A DNA stretch of 64,000 nt, taken from positions 22,072,001 to 22,136,000 of the forward strand of contig OZ024749.1 in the NCBI GenBank assembly GCA_964016885.1. Direction: 5' to 3'. The position numbers were made by a program, and so were the translations under genes. The notes under the pieces were generated by a model, which was given only the letters and a program-made list of their open reading frames with translations, was not told the DNA's origin and did not search any database. The first letter of the stretch is position 1. Each line of letters opens with the position of its first letter. This document shows positions 54,600-64,000 of the stretch, in pieces. The stretch is from Eledone cirrhosa (lineage: Eukaryota).

Positions 54600-57500
54600 T
54601 GTATTGATGGTGTAGGGGTATAATGTTAATGATGCTGGTGGTGGTGGTGGAGAGGTTTGGGAGGGGGCGTGAGGGGGGAGTGGTGGTATTGATGCTGGCC
54701 TTGGTGGTGTGTTGATGGTGGAGAGGTTTGTGAGGGGCGAGTGGTGGTGGTGGTGTGGTATTGTAAAGGTTTGGGATGGCGCTCTGTGTTTAAGAGTGGT
54801 GGTACTGATGTTGATGGTGGTGTGTAGGTGGTGGTGGAGTGGTTTGGGATGGTGAGTGGTGGTGGCGTGTAGGTGAGGGTGGAGTGGTTTGAGATGGGGG
54901 TGAGTGGAGGTGGTGTGGTGGTGGTGTATAGGTGGTGGTGGAGTGGTTTGGGATGGGCGGAGTGGTTTGGGAGGTAGTGGTGGTGGTGTGTAGGTGGTGG
55001 TGGAGTGGTTTGGGATGGTGAGTGGTGGTGGTGGTGGAGTGGTTTGAGATGGGGTGTGAGGGGGAGTGTTGGTGGTGTGTAGGTGGTGGTGGAGTGGTTT
55101 GGGATGTGGTGTGAGGAGGATTGGTGGTGGTGTGTAGGTGGTGGTGGAGTGATTTGCGATGGGGTGTGTTGGTGGTGGTGGTGTGTTGGTGGTGGTGTGG
55201 TAGTGTGTGTAGAGGTTTGTGATAGCGGAGGGATGGTGGAGTGTATGTGGTGGCGATGGTGGTGGAGCGGTTTGGGATGTGGATGTGAGGGGTCAGTGCT
55301 GGTATTGATGGGAGGGGGTTCGTCTGTGGTTGCCATGGTGATAGCTAATACGGTTAAGCAAGAAACGGATTATTGCAATCACTGGCGGGAAAATCATGAT
55401 TCTGAGAGTAATGGTCGTTAGGAAAATAAGTTGATGGCTCTGTTGCCATGGTTACAGATTAATGGCCAGATAGTGGACTGAACGGTGTGTGGTGTGTGTG
55501 TGTCTGTGTCTGTGTGTGTCTGTGTCTGTGTGTATGTGTTTATCGTTATGTGTGTCTCTCTATGTCTCTGTGTGTATGTATGTGTATGTATGTGCCTGTC
55601 GTTGTGTGTCTCTCTCTATGTGTGTGTATGTATGTGCCAGTCGTTATGTGTGTCCTTGTATGTGCGTGTGTATGTCTGTCGTTATGTGTGTCTCTCTATG
55701 TCTGTGTATGTGTCGTTGTATATGAGTGTGTGTGTGCGCGTGGCTGTTTGTGTCTCTGTGTCTGGATGTGTGTGTCGTTATATATGTTTTTGTGTCTCTG
55801 TCTGTGTATGTGGCTGGGTATGTGTCGTTGTGTATGTGTCATTCTGTGTGTGTGTGGTTTTAAGTGGGGGCTTGTGTGTGTGCGGGGGAGGGTGTGTTTG
55901 TGTGTGGTTGTCAGTATGCCTGTGTGATAGGGAGGTGGTGTGTGTGTGTGTGTTTTTGATTGTCAATGCGTCTGGGAGACTCTGAGTGTGTGTGTGGTGG
56001 GAGACTGTGTGTGTGTGTGTGTGGTGGGAGATTGTGTGGTGGAAGACTGTGTGTGTGTGTGGTGGGAGACTGTGTGTGTGTGTGGTGGGAGACTGTCTTG
56101 TGGGAGACTGTATGTGTGTGTGGTGGGAGATTGTGTGGTAGGAGACTGTGTGCGTGTGTGGTGGGAGACTGTATGTGTGTGTGTGTGTGGTGAGAGACTG
56201 TATGTGTGTGTGTGGTGGGAGACTCTGTGTGTGTGTGGTGGGAGACTGTTTGTGGTGGGAGACTGTGTGTGTGTGTGTGTGTGGTGGGAGACTGTATGTG
56301 TGTGTGTAGTGGGGACTGTGTGTGTGTGTGTGTGTGTGTGTGTGGTTATCAGTATATATATATGTGTGTGTATGTTTGTCAGTGTGTGCGTTTCTCATAG
56401 CATCTGTGTGAGATTGATAGAGGAGTGTGTGTGGGTGAGAGAGACTGCGTGCGTGTGGTTCGGTAGAGCTTCAAACATGTTTTGTGACATAGTTACGACG
56501 TCTCTTTACGTTCTGTGTTCAATTCCTGTCGAGGTTAGCTTTGCCTTTCATCCTTACGGGAGGGTTGATGAAATAAAGTACCAGTAATACACTGGAGTTG
56601 ATTTAATAGACTTACCCCTCTCTTCAAAGTTGTTGGGGGAAAAAAAGAGAAGGAAAAAGAAAAAATACCGAAAGAATGGTAGAAAAAAAGAAAGAAAAAA
56701 GACAAGAATAATGAAAGAAAGAAACGAAGATACAAAGACAAAGAAAAAAAGAAAGAGAAAAATGAAAGAAAAAAGAATAGAAGAAAGACAGAAATGAATG
56801 AAAAAGAACGATGGAAAGAAAGAGTGAAAGAAAGAAACAAACAAAGGAAGAAAGGGTGAAAGAAAGAATAAGAAAAGAAAGAAAAGAAGGAAAGAAAGAA
56901 AGGAGAAAAGAAAGAAAAGGAAAGAAAGGAAAAAGAAGGAAAGAAAGAAAAGAAAGAAAAGGAAAGAAAAAGAAAGGAGAGAAAGAAATAAGGAAAAAAG
57001 AAAAAGAAGCAAAGAAAGGAGAGAAAGAAAGAAACTAAGTTAAAACAATGTCATCTCTTTCTCGTTCACTGTTTATTCTGTCAGGTCTTTTATCATCGAT
57101 CTTCACATTTCCATAGTAACTATTTATTTCCTCTGCCAATCTGTTGACATGGTAACCACCCTCCGTCCTCCACTCTCCACCCTTCCAACCTCCACCCTTC
57201 CCCTTTCATCCTCTACTCTCCATCCTCCATCTTTCCCCCTCCATCATCTCCCCCTCCACCTTTCCACCCTCCAAAACTCTCCCCTTGACCCCCCCCCCCC
57301 CCCCCCACCTTTCCACCCCCACCCCCTTCCACCCTTCCAGCCTCTCCCCTCTACCTCTCCCCTCGACCTTTCCACCCTTCCATCACCCCCACCTTTCCAC
57401 CCCCCACATGTCCACTCTTTCATACACACCCCTCCCACCCCACCCACACCTTTCAACCCTTCCATCCCCCCACCTTTCCACCAATCCAGCCTCCCCCTTC

Positions 57501-57680
57501 CACCTTTTCACCCTCCATCCTCCACCATTTACCCTTCACCCCCACTCCTTTATCCTCCACCCTTCCATCCTTCACCCTCAACCACTCCACCCTCCACCTT
57601 TCCCCACCCTTCCCCTTCCATCCCCCCACTCCTCCAACCCTCCACCCGTTTTCTCCTACTCATCCACTCCCTTTTTTTTT
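54600..57680. repeat. Series of low-complexity and minisatellite tracts (GGAGTGGTTTGGGATGG; GTGGTGGGAGACTGT; GAAA-rich; CCTTCCACCC)
   Basis: Directly visible. Confidence 0.85.
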
Positions 57681-57801
57681 AGTTTCTCTTTCATCTTCTG
57701 CGACTCATTCTCCCACCCACCCCACTTCGCCCCTAGCACTATCGATCTGTTTCCATGGTAACCATATACTAACTCGGTAGATTCGTCGTTTCCATGACAA
57801 T
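55329..57801. promoter_or_regulatory. Cluster of six RFX X-box-like motifs
   Basis: GTTGCCATGGTGAT 55329, GTTGCCATGGTTAC 55442, ATTTCCATAGTAAC 57107, GTTGACATGGTAAC 57143, GTTTCCATGGTAAC 57749, GTTTCCATGACAAT 57788. Confidence 0.55.
56455..56635 (+). mobile_element. tRNA-derived SINE, same family as 52575
   Basis: GTTCAATTCC B box and GATGAAATAAAGTACCAGTAATACACTGG core. Confidence 0.72.
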
Positions 57802-58017
57802 CAAGGAGGTTGCAGTGCTGTTATTGCAGTTTTCTTTCGCTTTCATCTTTTTTCCTTTCCTTCCTCGTTCCGATGATAAACTGTCTTTCCACTTTTACTA
57901 ATTCCTCTCTCTCGCTCTCGCGCTCTCTCTCTCTCTCTCTATCACTACCTCACTCACTCATTCACACTCTCTCTTTCATTCTCACTCTCTCTTACTCTCT
58001 TTCACTCTCACTGACTC

Positions 58018-58063
<46 letters not shown>

Positions 58064-58128
58064 ACATATTTCTTCTTTGTAATCCATTTTTTTCAAATCA
58101 AACAACACAGTACAATGAAGAAATATGT

Positions 58129-58198
58129 TATTTTAACGCTTGATATAGTAGGTGAAGAGTTATTTTCGTTTCGGACACCAGTCCTTCATCAGAAGATA
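58129..58198 (-). ncRNA. Hammerhead-like motif in a dispersed repeat
   Basis: TATCTT CTGATGA A GGAC TGGT GTCC GAAACG...CGT T AAAATA; related to 63561-63626. Confidence 0.55.
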
Positions 58199-58312
58199 GA
58201 ATGAGATATAAAAGATGAAATAGAAAGATAAAGATGAAGGAACTTTAAAAATCTTTTGATAAAAACTGCTGTGTATTCTGTCAGTCATTTTGGAATGTGT
58301 GTGTGTGGATAG

Positions 58313-58365
<53 letters not shown>

Positions 58366-58801
58366 TAAACAGTCAGACAGACAGCTAGAGAGAGAGAGAG
58401 AGAGAGAGAGATAAACAGATAGATAGATGGATAGATTTCTTTATTCATTTGCAGATATAGTTATAGAAAGTTAAATCCACTGATAGATATATAAACAGAT
58501 AGATGAATATATGGATAAATAAAAAGACATAGCTATAGAGACATAGAGATATGTCGTGCCAAATCTCTCTGATCAGAGTGGAGAAAGGAAGGAGACAGTT
58601 TGGACAGATGTGATACATATAAATACTGTGATATTACATATTTAATCATTTCTGTATAGAGGCACAGTTCATATCCTTTACTTAGTTCACGTGATTTATC
58701 TATATTTTATATCATATAAAATAACCTATAGGGCTTTTCTACATTTTTCTTTTGTAATCAATCGTTGTAGAAGCAGAGAGATCACTATGATTGTGTACAT
58801 T

Positions 58802-58871
<70 letters not shown>

Positions 58872-58890
58872 AATGGTATATATATATATA

Positions 58891-59011
58891 TAGGAAAATG
58901 TATGACTCCGACGGCAGAGCTCAAGCCGTTTCGACGGCTATTTCTGGACGTACGTCGAAATAGACGTCGAAACGGCTTGAGCTCTGCTGTCGGGGACGTA
59001 CATTTTCCTAT
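58891..59011. repeat. GC-rich palindromic dispersed repeat, copy 2
   Basis: Same arms as 53484-53607 with a different centre; both copies are followed by CCCACTCTAC. Confidence 0.88.
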
Positions 59012-59228
59012 TACCCACTCTACTTATCCTTACCACAGCTCCTCCGTTATCTCTATATATATATATATTTAGAAGTGGATACACAACAGTTAGTTCACCA
59101 TACCGAGAACATACGAGCTGAAGATCCGCTAAGGTGAAACAATTGTTCTCGGACACAATTGTCCCATGGACTGAGTGCTCTACCACTACGGATATTACCT
59201 TCCAGTGTTCTACCTTTATATATATATA

Positions 59229-61717
59229 CTAGCAGAAGTACCCGGCGTTGCCCGGGTGTAAGTCGACCTTTGGTCTGTTAGAATGTGTGAAAGTTACTTC
59301 CCGCGCATCACAGGTTCAAAACTTCGAACTTCAATGGAAAAAAATAGGTTAGTAGACACAGGTGTGTAATTTATTAATTGTAGTTACACAGTGTATCGTT
59401 GAAATTGTTCTCTGCTCGACTGACGGAAGTCAAAATCGCTTGATATTGAATGTTCAGTTAATTTAAAGCAGGGTGAAAATGTCGATTACTTTCAGGGTTT
59501 TTTTTTTTACAATTTTTGCGCTCACATGTGCAGAAGAAGAATTAAAAGGGCCTTTATCTTAACCGCGGCATAATGGCGAGTCTTTTGTGACAGTTTTCAA
59601 GAATATAGGACGTTCCTGTAAAAAGTTTTCCCATGTGTAACTTTGCCTTGTTTTTTTGCGCAAAGTCGAGCCCCGCTTCAGTTTTATTGATTTTTTACAT
59701 CAATGCGTGATCTCTGAAGTAGATTTGAGTAGCTAAAGACCTGTCCCGGTAAATTTGCTATAGGTGAAAAAAAGTTGATCAAAATTGTATCTAGGGTTAT
59801 TGCCCTTTGCCACAGCCTCAAGCCTCGTCTGACGGGATGTTGGTGATTCCTCCCTCAGCGCTTGTTGGCGACGAAGGCGAACATCAGCAAGCCTTGTCGT
59901 ACGGATGTTGGTGACTCAACCAGCCGGGAAAGACGTCTATCAGCGAGTCGAGATTCGCGCTCAGCAGGTGTTTCCTAGAGAAAATTAATTAATTCTACTG
60001 GTTAGCTAAGCCAATGGCAGTGTCAATAGTAAATGAGAAAAGTCTAACATGAACAAAAGGGAATCAAGGTAAGACAATAAATTTAATATAACTACGATTA
60101 GAATGTTGTAGTTGCTTAAAAGTGGTGACAGTTAGGATAAACGCAGTACTTGCTAACATTAAGGGAGAATATTGCATAAAGGATTAATCAATTGTGAATG
60201 AACTCATACCTGAGAACGCCTAATTCGTTGTCTCAAAGCAATAGCTGTACCTTTTTTGGAGGTAAGTCTTGAACGTTTCTGTGTGGGCATAACGACGTGT
60301 AACGAAGCTGTTAGGTTAGAGAGAGGTGATTAAATACAGAGAGAGATGACACCAGATTCGTTAGCATGGTTACTGGTGAATGGGAAGGTTTGGAAATATG
60401 ATTACAATAACTTACCGAATTTTCCCGTCTATAAATTGCACTTAAAATAATTAAATTTAATCAAAAAACAGCTCTGCGCTTTATACTCCGGTGAGCCTTA
60501 TGTATAAATAATACAATGGTAATCAATCACGGCTCTAACAGAAGTAATAGATCTAGACTGAAAGTAAAGAAGATAGCATTTACTGGTTGGCCTTACACGC
60601 CGTTGCGCGGACCTGATTTTAAATGATACGCCTTATATCCTGGTGAGCCTTATAGAGCGGAAAATATCTATTGGAAAAGAATACGAATTCATGACCAAGG
60701 TGTGACAAAATAGGCGTCTATACAGCGCCTAAAACAAATTTGTCCAAAACCCTAGGATTTTTCTCGTTCCCAAAAGGAACCGTTTTTTAGTTACAAAAAA
60801 TAACCAAAGTGTATAGTAGCTATATTTCTGACATATCATGCCAAAAAGAACAATATATTCAAAAAATGTTCTAAAGTACATTCAATCTCTCTTTTTGACC
60901 GATATCTTAATAAGCAAGTTATCGATTTTTTATTGGCTGTCAGTGTCTATCTGCATGCAGGTGTGCACGTGTGCGCAATTAATTGCAAATACGCTCATAA
61001 CATTTAGTCGTAAGCAGAACAAAAAATGCCATTAGAGGTGGGCTAATAATGAAGACACAAACCCTGGTGAACTTACGTTTAAACACCCGAAAAGTTACTC
61101 ACTTCCTGTGCAAAAGACTGTATTATAAATTAAGTAATGTTTTAGAATCTTTTGTTTAAAAAAGGAAAACATTGGTACGACGTAAATTTTTTTACTTGTA
61201 TTGTATGTGTACAACACAACTTGGTCAACGTATTATTTAGTAATTTTTTTTTCAAAAAGTATGATTATTTAAGACTGTTTGAAAATTTACTCACAGCTTT
61301 TAGGTTCACAAAAGACACCATTAAATTTGGTTCCCTTTTCAGATAGGGATAATACTGTATTTCCACTTGAATAAGGTGGAATATGAAAAGAAACTCTTTA
61401 ATGGTCGGTCGTTTACTGAGACAGCTGGGAAGACATGCAGCTGGCCGTCCAATCAATAACGCAAGTCCTTATATGGGCATATGAAATTTATTTTTATTGC
61501 GCCAGATGTAAACTAAGAGTTCTTGTGTTCGAATTCACATAAAATTTCATTGGAATCGAAAAACATTCTGTCATAGGGCCCGATTATCGATTTTTCGAAA
61601 ATTTCAAGTAGCCTATTCCACTCTACGCGTTGAGTTTTATATATGTGTGAGGTTTCATGAAAATTGGATGAACGGTGTAGCAGGCAAGTCCGGTACACTA
61701 AACAATGTCCATCTTCC

Positions 61718-61725
<8 letters not shown>
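59229..61725 (-). mobile_element. Non-autonomous Helitron
   Basis: Minus-strand 3' end is a CCCGG-GCAACG-CCGGG hairpin, 9 nt, then CTAG|T. The 5' end merges into (TA)n. Internal exons encode MPTQKRSRL... and ETPAERESRL repeats. Confidence 0.82.
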
Positions 61726-61757
<32 letters not shown>

Positions 61758-61924
61758 ATACTTTGGGAGGGTCATGTTGCCAATAAGAAACACACGCACC
61801 AGTTGCTTTCACTTCAATTTATTATATATTTATAAATTCATAAATTTACAAATCTACAAACTTATAAATTATAAATTTCTGGTTGGTTGGTTGGTTCCAC
61901 AACCAGATAGTTGTTTATATATAT

Positions 61925-61969
61925 AGTCATAGTCCTTTCGTCACACACTCTGTGACCTCTTCAGTGACT
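61925..61969 (-). ncRNA. Minimal hammerhead ribozyme (inverted pLTR)
   Basis: Reverse complement of 62769-62813. Confidence 0.75.
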
Positions 61970-62768
61970 GGGGATTCCTTTCTTCGTTTCTGTGCCTTTT
62001 CTTTCTTCTATCCTACGCCATTTTGTTTCTGTGTGTGTGTTGTGTGCTCAGTTTGCGCATGTGCAAAAACACTTATTAGCAAGACATACCCGTTCCAAAG
62101 ACCCTCATGTATAGATAAGAAATGTATAACCTGTAAAATAAGCCCCCATATTAACTGTAAAACTAGAAATGTAGTGTATAGCATAAGATGTACTGAAGGA
62201 CAATGTAGAAACAAAAATATAGTGTACATAGGTGAGACAGCTCGTAGTATAGGGGAACGAATAAATGAACACTGGCGAGACCTCCAAGATAATAAAGAAT
62301 CATCTGTGCTCTACCAACATGCTAAGATAGAACACAGGGGTAGATTAGAGAGCATAGAAATAAAAATAGAATCCACGCACAGAAAAGACGCAATGTTTAG
62401 GCAAATTACAGAGGCAGTAAGCATAAAAGAATTAAAACCAAAATTAAATAGAAAATATGAGTGGAACAGCAACATCACAACTTACAATTAAGGACAAAAT
62501 GAAAACACACACACACATAGAACAAACAACTTACAATTGAAAACACACACAAAATGAAAACACACACAGGACAAAATGAAAACACACACACACATAGAAC
62601 AAACAACCAACCAACAATAAATAAATAAACAAATAGAAAAATGAACACAAACACACACAGACACCCGGATGTGGCACATGCGCAAACTGAGCACACAACA
62701 CACACACAGAAACAAAATGGCGTAGGATAGAAGAAAGAAAAGGCACAGAAACGAAGAAAGGAATCCCC

Positions 62769-62813
62769 AGTCACTGAAGAGGTCACAGAGTGTGTGACGA
62801 AAGGACTATGACT
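62769..62813 (+). ncRNA. Minimal type I hammerhead ribozyme
   Basis: AGTCA CTGAAGA G GTCACA GAGTG TGTGAC GAA AG GA CT A TGACT. Confidence 0.78.
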
Positions 62814-63038
62814 ATATATATAAACAACTATCTGGTTGTGGAACCAACCAACCAGAAATTTATAATTTATAAGTTTGTAGATTTGTAAATTTATGAATTT
62901 ATAAATATATAATAAATTGAAGTGAAAGCAACTGGTGCGTGTGTTTCTTATTGGCAACATGACCCTCCCAAAGTATAACAATATCGGTTTCAACACACGA
63001 TTTCAGATAAAGAATCTTGCTAAACAAATTCAGAAACG

Positions 63039-63079
<41 letters not shown>

Positions 63080-63159
63080 TATGCCATGTTTAATATCGCT
63101 TCTACAGGACTAGAACTGTTTCATTCAAAAGAAACCAGGATATATATATATATATATAA

Positions 63160-63330
63160 TAACTGTTTCTGCTTTAGGCACAAGGCCTTTAATAACCCCA
63201 GTACATTACTGGTACTTTATTTTATAGACCCCATAAGGATGAAAAGCAAAGCTAATATCGGCATGATTTGAACACAGATCATAAAGGGGCATAAAGCATA
63301 TTGTCCAACGCTCTACCAATACTTTCCGGA
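63160..63330 (-). mobile_element. Degenerate tRNA-derived SINE (52575 family)
   Basis: CCAGTACATTACTGGTACTTTATTTTAT core in reverse orientation. Confidence 0.65.
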
Positions 63331-63560
63331 AAGAAACAATGCAGTTATTAATAAGAGTTGAAATTAATGCATACCAGATTTTACATATACATATATGCAC
63401 TATTTTTTTTGCAGGAGTATTTGCTCTTACCCTGCAGCCAAATCGACCCCAGTACGTTACTGGTACTTGAATGGACATGTTTTTTGTCTCTAAAAAATTT
63501 TTGTCCGTTTCCGCCACTGCCCGTCAACTCAATCTTTCTATTTCTTCTTCAATTTCTCCT

Positions 63561-63626
63561 ATTTTCTGATGAAAGACTAGCGTCCGAAACGTTGAGACTC
63601 TTTTCCTACTATAGCAAGCGTAAAAC
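63561..63626 (+). ncRNA. Hammerhead-like motif in a dispersed repeat
   Basis: TTT CTGATGA AAGAC TAGC GTCC GAAACG...CGT A AAA. Confidence 0.5.
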
Positions 63627-63689
63627 TGATAATATATTTCTTCATTGAAATGTGATGTTTGCTTTGTTGTTTCTGTTTGCCTTTATCAC

Positions 63690-63985
<296 letters not shown>

Positions 63986-64000
63986 ATATAGTGTATAATT

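Larger units (their letters stand above)
61750..62985 (+). mobile_element. 5'-truncated Penelope-like element: inverted pLTR, GIY-YIG fragment and pLTR
   Basis: 62065-62491 encodes C..C..NCKTRNVVYSIRC...YIGETARSIGERINEH. 61750-62064 is the reverse complement of about 62675-62983. Confidence 0.9.

Noticed and set aside
58420-58450. GATAGATTTCTTTATT resembling a Tx1-like 3' junction
   Set aside because: Only about 12 bp of match with no further 3' UTR; could be chance.

Overview
Eukaryotic, repeat-saturated, essentially gene-free DNA. The SINE types and very large (TA)n/(GATA)n tracts suggest a cephalopod such as Octopus (inference). The main feature is two head-to-tail clusters (1-19.7 kb and 41.5-49.9 kb) holding eight copies, labelled 0 and A-G, of L1/Tx1-clade non-LTR retrotransposons from several diverged subfamilies. 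All are on the minus strand and all sit in (ATCT)n microsatellite. A 17-bp target-site duplication around copy G shows the ATCT repeat is the target rather than a tail. In these elements ORF2 is framed like an intron: a consensus 5' splice site lies at the ORF1 end, the ORF2 TAG stop doubles as a 3' splice site, and a new in-frame stop follows the acceptor at a position that co-varies with donor phase. This predicts a spliced ORF1-only RNA. Also present: an uninterrupted Penelope-like element (RT + GIY-YIG), several Penelope remnants, about 11 hammerhead ribozyme motifs, a decayed CR1-group LINE with a CCCH ORF1, a non-autonomous Helitron retaining spliced 5' exons, tRNA-derived SINEs, long palindromes, minisatellites and a cluster of RFX X-box motifs. 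Most ORFs in the supplied track are microsatellite or antisense artefacts. Boundaries inside repeats are approximate.
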